The position numbers and the translations under genes were made by a program. A stretch of DNA of 63,991 nt, the filler included, from Sphacelaria rigidula (Eukaryota): NCBI GenBank assembly GCA_964200075.2. It is 7 parts of 7 records of this genome, joined end to end, with 100 filler letters (N's around TTAATTAATTAA, not from the genome) between each part and the next. Parts side by side here need not be neighbours in the genome. Positions count along the whole stretch, not along the records: positions 36,626 to 45,681 come from CAXNAA020009417.1; positions 45,782 to 54,836 come from CAXNAA020009418.1; 5 more parts are not named here. One strand, 5' to 3'. Numbering within the stretch: the stretch's first letter is position 1; the number at the start of each line of letters is the position of its first letter. The notes beneath the pieces were generated by a model. It saw only the letters and a program-made list of their open reading frames with translations. It searched no databases and was not told where the DNA came from. Positions 39,738-52,237 of the stretch are shown here, in pieces.

Positions 39738-42563
39738 CTGAGGAGTTGAGGGATTCAATTTGATTCAACACTCGCTCAACACTTCATTCCATGAAATTCA
39801 CAAAGCTGGAAACCATATTCAAATCAAGAGTTGAGGGGAACATGTACAACATGTACATATAGACAAGGTTCCCCTTCGGGAGGTTGGTACGGGCCTCCCG
39901 GGGGTGACGCAAGTCGAAAGTATAAAATATACTTCGTACGAGTATGCCTTTTCAGTGCGCTGCAAAAGAAAGCGTGGAGAAAAATACCTTGCTGGCAGAG
40001 AAACCTCGGCAAAGTGGCGAACATGTGAAATGATACATGTACATAATACACATGGGTTGAATGAAGGGAGAAAAAGCGCGCGAGTCATCGCTTTGTCCGC
40101 TTCGATCGAGCAAGTATATATTGCCCTCCGCGAAAAATGAAGAGACGTGGACAAACAAACACAACTGATGAGGGAGCCTCCAATTACATAGAACGACGTT
40201 TTCGTGAGATTGAGAGTAAAGGATACAGTTGAGAAGGAAAAGCGGTCAATTAGTGATTTAAGCGTTTCAGTTCCGAAATATCCCTCCGCGAGGCCCTTAC
40301 CGAAGCAGCGGGCTAACTCACAGTTATTAACCTACGAAGCACCGGCACAGATATGATCCTGTGAAGTCAGTGTTGCGCCAAAAGAAAAAAAAAAAACTTC
40401 GGAACAAAATCTTACCGCTTTGCCCTCTAGTGCGCACTGCTGCAGCGCACAGCACCAGATATAGCGACTTGGAACTGTTGACTGTGGTTTGCCTAGCCTA
40501 CGAGCGATGTTTCAGCGCCTCCCAGCGGCTGCAGCGCGCTTAGGGCCGTGCGCCATGAAGTGCGCAGCTCAACAGACTGTATGCCGATCGGTGCACTACA
40601 GATGGTCATGATCCAGAAAGGACCGCAGTACAGACCAGTGCCAGTTTGCTACCGCGTCGGCCGTCCAGTCGCTCAACATGTCTAAGTTTATGCATCTGCG
40701 CATGCATATATGCCTTCGCCTATAGTGCGACACTGGTAGACCTGAAGAAATGTACATAAACAACGATTGGTACTCGATTTGACTTGGTTTCAGACTAAAT
40801 AAAGTTATGAGAAAATGATGATTTGGGGCAGGTGAGCAGTGGTGAGCAGTAGAACCAGGTCGTCCAGAGCGTGTTTTGGTCCAAAATCGGCCCAAAGGCA
40901 TCGATTTGAGCTCTCGAAGGGCGTCGATTCGAGTTCTCGTAACGCACGCTTCAGCTACGAAACTGCACCCCCCTTGCCCGAGATTTCTCGGTATGCCTTG
41001 GTCGATGTTAGTGTTAGGGTTAGCGTTAGGGTTGGTGGCATCTCCATAGCACCAACCATTGTTTACGTACATTTCTTCAAGCCCCCTCGGTGAAGTACTT
41101 GTGCAGGGATGCATCCTTCTGACAAGGACATTCTTGCGCCGGTACTTCACACAGGTGCATCCTTTGAGGGAACTCTCTCTGTTACGGGTTGCATGGCCAC
41201 AGGGATTTGGTCACCCCCCTGCGCTTGTCGAGCACAGCTGACCGACAGTGAGGACGTTTGCCCACGTGTGTGCCTTGCTCAAGTCGCCAACGGCTCATTG
41301 CACGGTCTCGGTTTTGCTGTTGACTAAGGTAAGGCCAAGGCAACGTTCAATTGTTTTCAATTGCTTTGCTTTCATGTTCTTGTGACATTCGCTACACAAC
41401 CGCTGTCTTCGTACTCCCGAATCAACGAGAACGCAAAGAAATACCCTGCCATGAACAGGCTTTTGTGGTTCGGGCTCTTGTTTGGAGCTTTCCATGATGA
41501 GGCTTTTGTAGTTCGGGATCGACACTCCGCAAGAAAGAGCCAGTGTGGGCGACTTTCGATGACCAGAACACGCGCCACAGGTATCAGATGACACCCAAAC
41601 CTGAAAGGTAATGTACCACTGCACCTTCTTCGTGCACTGCAAAAAAAAGCGCGTGATAAGATGCCTTGCCGCCTGAGGAAACTCGGCAAAAGTGGTGAAA
41701 AAAGGGAAATAATAAATGTACATATACATATCAAAGGAAAAACAGGAACTGGATTTTGAAAAACGATGATGAGGGAAACAACCGAAATGGACTAAACATC
41801 GAGGAAAATGGAGAAAACGGGAAATACAAGAAGAGATACACATGTGTATACTGTATGCATGAGCTTTTTGATGACCCTGCGACCTAGAATGGGAAGGGTT
41901 TGTGTATAGGTGTAACTATGTGATTCCAGTGCACACACGTCTCGAGCGGAGTAGGGCTCGTAATATATGTGAAACCATCAAGCTCGGACGTGATGTTAAA
42001 GACAGGTACCACCATGTTACACCGCACGTACCCACACCCATACCCCGCCTATGAGATGTCATACCAACTATGACGTGCCGCTCATCTCTTGGCAATGCTA
42101 CCTGATAGGGAGCGGTCAGTTAAGTCATGGCTAGGCGCAATGCACTTGGGAGAATCTTGGTCGCAACTTGGACATACAGCGTGGAAGCTTGACAGCTTGC
42201 CTCTCATAAATGGATCCTGACCTCGTCGTCCACCCGCCCACTTCGGATCTGTTCGATGAGATGATAGGCTATAGGGTGGTCTCTTACAGATGAAGCATGA
42301 GCGAAATGAGATAAAAGTCAAAACAAGGACTCGCCAGAACAGCAACCATTGTGACTTCTGCAGACTTTACCCCTTCACTCCCCTCCCAAAAAGTGATATG
42401 ACATTTTTTCTTCTGTGGTCGATAAGACATCAGACAGGGTCAAGCTCCTCGGCCTCGATCTTCAAACCGATCAATCGCAACGAAATTAGATCTTGAAAAG
42501 ACGGCCGGAGCAAAACGACCTCCCGCGATGACGGCAGCCAATCGCATGGATTTCAAAGTTTAC

Positions 42564-42698
42564 CTTGTCCATGACCATGTGCTTCAGCTTCTGGTAGAAC
42601 ACAGGTCCCGCGAAGATGTAGTTCATCAGCGGCTCACCGCCGGTACCACTAGTCAGCATGTCTTTCCCCACGTAGCTGTAGCCGCCGGCCACGAGAGC
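42564..42698 (-). CDS. RPC2: RNA polymerase III second-largest subunit, exon
   Basis: [49 protein letters not shown], phase 0-0. Confidence 0.96.
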
Positions 42699-43299
42699 CT
42701 GATGGAAAAAAGAAAAAATATACACAACATAGCGCATAAAACAAACACAGCAATATGAACACGCGACAGGGTGGATACACAAAATATCTGCGAAAGGTTA
42801 GACACACAAGAGGGAACAAAAAGTCGTGACCATGTACTATTTTTAAAAAAATGCATGAAAGCCACGCATGGAGATCAATCAACCCTTCAGCCGCGGTGAA
42901 CTTCTAACGACTGAAACGGTCTGTTGGAAGGTGGTCGTAAGTGGACATAGTCGACGTCACCATGAGCGGCGCGACACTCACAGGTTGTGCACATACGACA
43001 CATACGTGTAGGTCCACAAAAACAAGTGCGGCACAACACTAGAGTCATGCAGCTTCAGTTCTACAGTCTCGTCACAACATTTACTTCTCCAACATTTTCT
43101 TTATCTCAGGGTACACACAGTACAGTACAACGTAGTACAGTTACCGTGCAAAGCAGAAACTTTTTGCAAATCACGCTCATGACAGTCAGGGGATGCACCC
43201 AGCATTATGCGAGTGCAATGGCGACGTGAGTTGGGTTTTTATTATATTGTAGTACTCGGTCTTCCACACCAATACCTTGTTCGTGGTCACATTGCCTAT

Positions 43300-43335
43300 C
43301 GTCACCGTCACCGTCACCGTCGCCGTCACCGTCAC
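43300..43335. repeat. (CGTCAC)n microsatellite
   Basis: About 6 copies. Confidence 0.85.
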
Positions 43336-43580
43336 TGTCATGTCTTGGTCACACAGACCGGGATGACATGGCGGGTGGGCTGCTACAGCACGCTTCTCAT
43401 CGACGGGCATGTCTGCTCACCAGAGGATCGGCCGCTTCAAGCTTTGATTGCGTTGAAGCCAAAGGCACAAGAGTAGACTAGACTAGACTAGAGTGCGGTG
43501 GAGTGCAGTACACTGCGCCAATCGCCTGCCCACCACCACCAGTGAATCGGCTTGGAGGGTGTACTCATGATCATGCATGC

Positions 43581-43660
43581 CATAGTCATAGGACCATTGA
43601 CCTCGCATCCCTACGAAGCCGGGACGGAGCACGCCGAGTTTTCGCCGGACCAGGCTTGGA
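43581..43660. repeat. Short dispersed repeat (ACCATTGACCTCGCATCCCTAC.AAGCCGGGACGGAGCACGCCG)
   Basis: Other copies at 45605-45681 and, reversed, at ~56500-56580. Confidence 0.8.
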
Positions 43661-46600
43661 GGAGGGGCGTATACTTATCATCATGCATGTCACAGTTATG
43701 GGTAGGAATGGGGGCCCGACCAAAAATCGGCACAAGATTTAAAATAAGAAATAACGCGGAGGAATAATGAACAAGTCAGTGGGTGGTCGGACCTGTGCCG
43801 AGGCCCTCACGAACAGAACACACACTTCATCAACTGTTCAGTTGGTGGAGTATGGGAAAGCTGTAGCACTGGAGATCGCGCGGTTCTCGACACAGGAAGC
43901 AAGCCGGTCCACGGCACTTGACAGCCCCCCGCATACACACAAGATCTAGGGGCTTACGTTTGGTATTTTGCTGGCGTCGCGTCAGCGGCACGAAAATCCC
44001 CTCCGAAAGCAGAGAATACCATATTTTAGTATATTTCGGTCATTTGCGAGTCAGCATCACGCGCAAACGCAAAATCAAACGTGGCGACATACCTTGGGTG
44101 TGTGGGAAGAGAACGCAAGAAACCGCAGTCCAATCCCTCGCTTCGTTACCGAGTTGTAAGCGGTGCGCGATCGGCACTTTTGGGTTGAGGGTGAGTAGCG
44201 TCTTTCGAGGTCGAAGATGGCAAATTCAAAAAAATCGGTGCGCATACTACTTTTCCTCCTGCAAGCAAGTTGTGACAACATGCACTTGGGTTGCGTGCCC
44301 CCAGGCGCTGCTTTGTTCTGAGCGGCTGTGCACAAAGGGCAAAATCTCCTTTCAACGGCGAGTATCCTTTGAAGCGTCGAATTACAGAGGGAGAGTTGAC
44401 AGAATAAGGACAACGCTGGCGGCTGCTTCATGTCAGGGCTCCGGTGCAGAAGCCAAGGCGTCGAGAGCGATTTTAGTACGAGTATGTGCGTTACATCTGC
44501 TGGTGACCGCGGTCATGTACACAGTAACTGTCTATATAGAATATTATATTGATAGCATCAGAATGAGATACAAACTATGCAATATTTGAGAAGCTTCGTT
44601 TTTCACTTTGTGGCATGCCACCAGTGCTGCTGCTTTGTTCTGTACGGCTGTGCACGAAGGGCAACTTCGCCTTTCAACAGCGAGTACCCTTCATGTATTG
44701 AGTTGCAGAGAGTGAGGTCACACATGAACTTCGGCTCTTGAGTCTGAGGGTTTCAGCGGAGAAGCCAAGGCGCTAAGAGTGATTTTGATTTCAGACTGCG
44801 CACCATGTATGCCTAGGTCGGCAGAGCCACGATGTTTCAAGTGACTGCCTGTACACATATCCGTACATACTGAAAATAGAGAGAAAATGACGCTGAAGAT
44901 GTTGATCTGGACAGAGAGAACCAGCCCGTGCCCAAGCGACTGACAAGATGGGATTCCTTCCACTCATGCCATGACCCTGACCCCATGGGGCGCATGAGAA
45001 ATTCACTCTCCAATCCCGCAGTCATAGCTGTGTGTAGGACATACAGCGCGTAGCCAATCCGCACAGCATGAACCTCTTGATCGCCAACATCATCAGCATC
45101 GTTCTCAGTAGCTTTCTGATGCGCGACGCTGCTGCTCATGATCTCCAAATTTCCGTATTTTCTCGTTCTAGCACCGTGTCAGGCATGCGTTTCACTGCAG
45201 TTACGTTCGTGTGTAGTGGCCACACCAGCTACTATTCGTGCTCCTTTTTTGATATCTCGCAATGATGGTAAACATGGGATGGCAGCTCGCGGGCGTGTGC
45301 TTCCCGACTGGTACAGACAGAGGAAGGACACTATTAGCTAGTGCAACAAGAATGTCCATCTACTGATGTGGAGCGAGCTTTCCGGAGGAAAAAATCACCT
45401 CAACACCGACCACTCCCAGGCTTGAGTAAATGCACTAGAAATATTATTCATTTTTTGGAGCCAAATCGTCATTTGTAGGTGACGCGTGTATTTTCCTTTG
45501 ATATGATTCATTGGATTACGGACCACTTCTGACGCATGTAGCGTTCAGCTTGCACTTTCCATGAATATAGTACCCCAAATCGGCCTCCATTCCTACCAAT
45601 AACAGTCATACGACCATTGACCTCGCATCCCTACAAAGCCGGGACGGAGCACGCCGGGTGCTTGTCGGACCAGACTGGGAGNNNNNNNNNNNNNNNNNNN
45701 NNNNNNNNNNNNNNNNNNNNNNNNNTTAATTAATTAANNNNNNNNNNNNNNNNNNNNNNNNNNNNNNNNNNNNNNNNNNNNCGGACATCGTTAAGGGCTC
45801 GTATAAACATAACGATACAGACTTATGGGACAGAGGAAGTATCAAATCTGAACATCGTTCAGCTTGTTGAGCTCTTTCAGACGTCTGCGGTCAGCATCAA
45901 CTCACTAACTTTGTTCCCGTCAAGTTGCTCTCGTCGTCGAGGGTTCCGCGTAGAATATGATGTATTTCGCAGTATTTACTCCACTCAAATTTTGGCTAGA
46001 TTGAGTATGACCCCACATACTTGACTCAAAATTTGGGTGAGCTCTCTCAGTAATACTCAGGTATAGAGTATCACATGGGTGTGATGAGTAACCGTGACCA
46101 TCGGCAACTTCGTGACGTCACTTCACAGACTCGTTCAAATACGTGGGCGAACCATGGCCATCAATGAGATGAGTGACTTCACCTCACGGGCTAGAATGAG
46201 TATGAGCGAATGGTGGCCATCAAAAAACAAGAAAAAGTGTGCAGGTGAATGAACCTACCTGCCCCAGCTCACCTGCCCCCACCCATGGCAGTACATACTT
46301 CAAACCGATGTCGCAAGCTCTTCAATGTCAGTTTCAGTACAGAGCGCTACTCATCATCATTGGGTAATCGAGTAGACGAGTAGGCGGGTAGGTATTGTCA
46401 AAATGAGCGACTCTACTGGCCGCACATCTGACTCTTCTATGGGAGAGTCAGCGGTGGAAACAGTTTAAGACGCGGAAACATCGGAAAAGTCGCAAGAGGA
46501 GAGAACAGAAAAAGGCGCGACCGGGTCAAGAGTGATGGGCCTGGCCCCAAAAGAGGCCCCGGCGATCTGCGTCGTAGAGGCCTCAGATATCTTGCGTACG

Positions 46601-46679
46601 AACTTGAATACTAAACTTATACCCAAGGTTTTGGTACATCGGGTTAGGCCTCAGGTACTCTACCCGACTTCGGGTAGAT

Positions 46680-47030
46680 CGGCTATGACCTCAAATACTA
46701 TACTCAAATCTTGGGTAGATGGAGTATGACCTCGAACACTCTTCTCAAATTTTGAGTAGGTTGAGTATGACCTCGAATACTTTACTCAAATCATGGGTAG
46801 AATGAGTGTGACCTCAGGTAGTCTCCTCAATTTGTGGGGTAGATTGAGTATGGCCTCAAATACTCTACTCGAGTTTTGGTTAGATTGAGTATGACCTCGA
46901 ATACTCTACTCAAAATTGGGTGAGCACTCTCAGCAATACTTGGGTATAGGATATCACTGGGGTATGACTTCAATACTCTACTCTCAATTTGGGTAGATTA
47001 AGTTTGGCCTCAAATACTCTACTCATAATT
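46680..47030. repeat. Minisatellite, 41-bp unit (GAGTATGACCTCGAATACTCTACTCAAATTTTGGGTAGATT), ~7 copies
   Basis: TATGACC recurs at 46684, 46725, 46766 and onward. Further degenerate copies lie at ~45970-46090. Confidence 0.9.
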
Positions 47031-47432
47031 CGAGTGCTAAAAGTATAACTTTTCGAAAACACCGAGTATTGCACTCTACTCGACCTGCCCTTGGAAATGA
47101 ACTTTGCGACGTGAATTAAGAAAACGAAGAGGTGAGACGGTAGTGCAGCATACAAAGCGCTCCGCGTGTACCCCACCCAAGCGCCAAGAACTACTACTAG
47201 CACGACAACTTGGTAACATTATTGAGAGTGACTGTATCAGCCAGGAAAATAGCAGAAACCTCGACTATTCCTCATGCTTCGGCATCATATTGACCAGCCA
47301 CCACTGGACGCTTAAGGCTTGATGCCGCCGCAGAATAAAGCAAAGTAAAGCAAAGCACACACAACAACGCTACGAAACGCAGTCTTGCTTCCTATTTCAG
47401 ATTCGCTCAACAACTGTCCGTGCCCAATCTCT

Positions 47433-47688
47433 AATCCACCGTAATTCCAGCCATGTAACCAGTATCGTGCAGTACATTGGTGCCAATTGCTTACGATACT
47501 CTTACCCTTCGAACCCCGAAACAGAAGAAAACTACCTACTGCAAACGAATGAGGTGAGTGCAGTCACCAGCATCTGCTGTGGCTGCCCCTGCGGTGTACT
47601 TGTACCCCTCGCCCTACTAACTACGAGAAGGCATTACTAGCGTTGGCCGTTGCCTTACTCTTCTTCCTGGCGTCAATGACGGGTCACA
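47433..47688 (+). repeat. 256-bp intronic inverted-repeat arm 1 (partner 49112-49367)
   Basis: Ungapped reverse-complement match with 12 mismatches by manual count (~95%). Confidence 0.95.
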
Positions 47689-48215
47689 CGGTGCGCAAAA
47701 CAACAGTCACGACATTCTCCGCCTCTTTGTGACAAGTGCTGCCACGGAGAATAGACGCTCTGACTGCGCCGAGGTTGCCGATACAGCAAGCACCCGGCGA
47801 GCGAGCTTGGCCACCAGCGGAAAAGCACGCTCATTCGTGTCTACGCCTGGGTGTGTGTGCTGTGTGATCATGTGCTCGCCTCTGTAACAGTATCCCCACG
47901 GTCATTGTAGTACGACAATACATCGGAAATAGTGATTGAGGTATGATACGTATGTGAGGTGAAAAACTCGTTCAACTGGTTACAACACCGATCAGTTAAC
48001 TAGTTGTACCAGTTGGCTGTAACTGATCAGTTTAACTGCCAGCCAGTGCACAACACTACATCTTATACTGGTACAAGGCAAGGTGACGATATATCCTCGC
48101 ACACCCGAACAGCTCGCTTTGGTCGCACTATAACTGTTCCGAAATGAAACGTGACGGCTATCCTACATGCTTGTGTTCGTGTGCGTGTGTTCCCCGTCGT
48201 GTGTATATACCGCAG

Positions 48216-48478
48216 GTCTTGCAAGAACTCTCGCCCCAGGGCCTGCATGCCGTGTTCGAGCGCTTCCGCGGCATCCTGCACGAGGGACAAATCGAAAAGC
48301 GCGTGCAGTACACCATCGAGACGCTATTCGCGGTGCGAAAATCCGGCTTCTCTGACCACCCCGCGATACCGCCTGAGCTTGATCTGGTGGAGCGCGATGA
48401 CCAAATCACGTTTGAGATCGGACTTGAAGATAAGCTCGAAAAAGAAGAAATGCTGGATATTTTCCGCTTCGACGCAAA
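48216..48478 (+). CDS. CWC22: Pre-mRNA splicing factor CWC22 exon (end of MIF4G domain)
   Basis: VLQELSPQGLHAVFERFRGILHEGQIEKRVQYTIETLFAVRKSGFSDHPAIPPELDLVERDDQITFEIGL...MLDIFRFDA. 263 nt, phase 0 to phase 2. Confidence 0.97.
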
Positions 48479-49111
48479 GTGAGCAACACAGGGAAGGGCG
48501 AAGGGGGAGGGGGGAGTAGTGAGGGGGTGGGGGAAAGGGCGGCGGTACTGTGACCATTTTTTTTTTTACTCGGTTTTTGTACCATGTCGCAATGTAGCAA
48601 TGTATACACAAAACCAACAATGTTCTGTCGACTATATTGTTCGATTTTAGAAGAACTTGAACAGCGGGTGCGTGGGCCATGACGAGGTTCTTATCTGTTT
48701 TCATGGTGCAGGCGTTCGCTTAAGCATGCTGATGACTCTTGGCTGCGCCCAAGCAAAATGTTCAAGACGGGGTAGGTTTGGATAGACCATAAGTGAGCGT
48801 TGGCGCTAGCGAGGGTGTCTTCGCGTACGGTGTTGAGACCGACACGATTGACTCGACTTCAAAACAACGGCTGCAGGGGCAAGAGCGAGATGCTCCGTGC
48901 TCGAGAGTTCATGTATCCATTCGTATCATTGGCATGACACGACGCCCTCACCCGCGTAACTCGCGCTGTGGAACTTGGCCGAAGATACCTTGTTCATATC
49001 GAAGCACCCGGCAAATAGTGCTGTTGATATTTGGATTCGTGCTGGAACATTGCGGCGCGCCTGCAAAATTACCTCTCCTCGTCGAACTGTTGTGCAGACT
49101 TCTGTTGTATC

Positions 49112-49367
49112 TGTGACCCGTCATTGACGCCAGGAAGAAGAGTAAGGCAACGGCCAACGCTAGTCATGCCTTCTCGTAGTTAGTAGGGTGAGGGGTACAA
49201 GTACACCGCAGGGGCAGCCACAATAGATGCTGGTGACTGCGCTCACCTCGTTCGTTTGCAGTAGGTAGTTTTCTTCTGTTTCGGGGTTCGAAGGGTAAGA
49301 GTATCGTAAGCAATTGGCACCAATGCACGGCACAATACTGGTGACACGGCTGGAATTACAGTGGATT
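49112..49367 (-). repeat. 256-bp intronic inverted-repeat arm 2 (partner 47433-47688)
   Basis: Reverse complement of 47433-47688 at ~95% identity. Confidence 0.95.
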
Positions 49368-49629
49368 GCGTCTTGATTCCCAACCCGACTTTTGTGTATA
49401 AATGGCAACACGGTCAGCGCCGCACTCGAGTGTACAGTGTACTCGAGTGCTCGTGTGGTTCTCGCGTCTCGAGCAGCTAGCTAGATGTATGCCTGTGCTC
49501 TCCTCACACTCCCCCATGATGTTTTTATATCGTTTCCTTCTTATGTTTCATGGACAAATTAGATGGCCGTTTTGAACTCATTCACTTCGTTTCGCCTGGC
49601 TTTGTTTCGGTTTGTTGTGCCGAACGTAG

Positions 49630-49783
49630 ATACGAGGAGAACGAGGACATGTGGTCGAAGATCAAGGCAGAAATCCTGGGTGAGTCTGACTCGGACGACG
49701 ACGACGACGATGATGATGACGATGACAGCGATGGCGAGGATGGCGCCGGTGGGGCAGGTTCACACGCTCAGATGACCCAACAG
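49630..49783 (+). CDS. CWC22: CWC22 exon (acidic linker)
   Basis: (K)YEENEDMWSKIKAEILGESDSDDDD...QMTQQ. Confidence 0.95.
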
Positions 49784-50245
49784 GTATGCGGAAGACGCCA
49801 GTATGATTGCTGTTGTTGTCAAGTGCGTTGCCTTCATTTCTTGGTGTCTTGGGAAACGGGCGTGCACAGGAAGATATTGCCTGAGTGTTCTCGCTTAGGC
49901 GTGCTCTGGGAAAGAACATCGTGGGTTGCCCTGAGGTCGACATCACACTTTTGTTTTTCTGGTCTTGAAACGGGCGTTCAATGCGTCCGACGAGGGCGAG
50001 TGCCAGGCTGTTGGGTTTGCGCACACGTGGAAAAGCCACGAGAGTATGTGACCTGTAGCCTGCTGTTCAGTTTTTCTTGCCGCCGTGCGGGCGGTGTTCG
50101 GGATCCTTATGTGGCATACGTCCCCCCTGGTGCGTGCACGTACTGGAAAGGTTCATGTTTCACAACACGCATTTGATGTGCTGGCGATACTACCCTCCCA
50201 TTTACTTTCATGTCGGTCGTGCTGAAATCAACGGTGGAAAAACAG

Positions 50246-50377
50246 ATCCATGACCTCACCGAGCAGGACCTGGTCAACCTTCGGCGAACGATCTACCTGA
50301 CCATCATGTCTAGCGCGGGCTTCGAAGAGTGCGCACACAAGCTCATGAAGCTCGACATCCAAGAGGGCTACGAGATG
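50246..50377 (+). CDS. CWC22: CWC22 exon (MA3/MI domain)
   Basis: [44 protein letters not shown]. Confidence 0.97.
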
Positions 50378-50755
50378 GTGAGCTCTTGTAACTCTGCAGC
50401 GGTCGTTTACAGCCCTTGGTTGTCTTTTTTATTCCCAGCGCGCGCGAGCGGCGGGGGGGTTGTAGGCTGTGCTGAGGGTGAATGCGTTTAGAATTGATCA
50501 TACGCCTGGAAACCACGCTTCGCTTCGGAGATTCCTTGGTTCTTGTGCTCGTAGAGGATCGACCTCATGCTGTGCTCTCCCCCCCACTTGGCTTATGTGG
50601 TCAAAACTATTCGAGGCACAGTGGTCAACCACCAGGGGTACATCAAATATTTTTTTCTCGGACCTCTTCGATCGGGAAGCGTCGATCCTTCATTGCTCTT
50701 TGCGCGATTGTCACCCCCATTTTTTTGCCGCTCTTGTTTTGGGTCGCAACAACAG

Positions 50756-50907
50756 GAGCTGTGCAACATGATGATCGAGTGTTGCAGTCAGGAGCGAACG
50801 TGGCTACCGTACTATGGGCTCATTGCACAGCGCTTCTGCATGCTACACCGTCGCTGGCAGGGAGCATTCACGGAGTGCTTTGAGACTAACTACAACACCA
50901 TCCACAG
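50756..50907 (+). CDS. CWC22: CWC22 exon
   Basis: ELCNMMIECCSQERTWLPYYGLIAQRFCMLHRRWQGAFTECFETNYNTIH. Confidence 0.97.
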
Positions 50908-51021
50908 GTCTGTCCGTCTCGCTGCGTTGCGTCCTTGTCGCCGCTCGGGCGATGCGGCTTGTGGTCCTCAACAGTCGGTTGACCGCAAAATGATGATTGT
51001 TCTCGTGACGTAATATATATG

Positions 51022-51545
51022 CTTACTCTATCCCATAAGTAAAGGTACCTATATTTGTACGGGCCCTCAACGATGTCTGATATATTTGTTATCTTTAATG
51101 AACTCTACGGTGTTTTTTGGGTTGGGAAAATGTGTTCAAAAATTGCAGCTCGTGCTTGAACCATGCCGCCGAACGGCTGCAAAAAATGTAATCGGCTTCA
51201 AAATGGCCGTTTTTTGCCCCTTTCCGAGGGGAAAAAAGGTGTCGTTCTTTTTCTTTTTAATCGCGTGGGACTTCCTGACAGCAAGCCCCAGTGAAGGCGC
51301 GGGCGGTTAAAAAAAAAAAATCGGCACTTTTTTTCCCCTCGGAAAGGGGCAAAAAACGGCCATAGTTGGGCCGTCTACTCTTTTTACAGCCGCTCGGCGG
51401 CATGGTTCAAGCACGAGCTGCAAATTTTGAACACATTTTCTTAACCCCAAAAACACCTTAGAGTCTATTAAAAAACAAACAAACGATCGGACATCGTTAA
51501 GGTCCCGTACAAATTTAGGTACCTTTACTTATCGGACAGAGGAAG
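51022..51545. mobile_element. Stowaway-like (Tc1/mariner) palindromic MITE in a CWC22 intron
   Basis: ~240-bp inverted arms. The right end ...ACTTATCGGACAGAGGAAG|TA resembles a Stowaway CTCCCTCCGT terminus with a TA target. The right end of another copy lies at 45782-45841. Confidence 0.85.
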
Positions 51546-52086
51546 TACATATATATGTTTTTTTATTCAGCTATCACTGTCACTCTTTTCGCCGTCACGG
51601 GCAAGATGAATTAGCAAGGAGGGTAACCGACTCACGTACTACTCGTACTGTATTGGAGTCGTGCAATCTTTTGTCGAAAACCATTCGTCTGTGGCGCAGA
51701 CTAGTTTGCGTCATCAATTGTCGCAACATACTGCGGCAGCAGCCTCGGGCACCACGGGTCAACCGCCAATTGCGTGTGCCGGCACCAATGACCCTGTCAC
51801 ACTTTTTTTTTGACGAATTTCTCGTTGTCGTACCCTCCAGTCTCGACCCAACTCACCTCCTCTGGTCTTCTGTCAGGTATTATTTCCGTTGAGTACGTTG
51901 TTATCGCGACCACGACATAATTCGGAGCGGATCAGTCAATGTGCGACAACCAGTCAATCGACCTCGGGCTGTCGATCCTCTGGCTTCCTCACCGTTCAAG
52001 CCTTGCGCTCGTGAAACCCCCTGTGTTCCTCTTCGTGGGTGCTAACCTGTTTCCCTTGTGGTGTACTTGGATGGGGGTATGTTCAG

Positions 52087-52237
52087 GTTGGAGACAAACA
52101 AGCTGCGCAACGTGGCCAAGTTCTTCGCGCACCTCTTGTACACGGATGCCCTGCCATGGACGTGTTTGGAAACAATCCGCCTCAGCGAGGACGCGACCAC
52201 CTCGTCCAGCCGTATCTTCATCAAGATTCTAGTGCTG
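52087..52237 (+). CDS. CWC22: CWC22 exon
   Basis: (R)[50 protein letters not shown]. Confidence 0.97.

Noticed and set aside
41007-41033. Telomere (TTAGGG-like)
   Set aside because: Only 2-4 degenerate units, internal to repeats (also ~27079 and ~28915). It is not a terminal array.
39535-42698. Viral (NCLDV) or Pol II RNA polymerase subunit
   Set aside because: It has spliceosomal introns and Pol III-type residues, so it is the host RPC2.
43918-44589. 223-aa ORF as a gene
   Set aside because: It has no recognisable domain or coding-like composition, and it overlaps a local direct duplication (~44305-44480 / 44628-44790).
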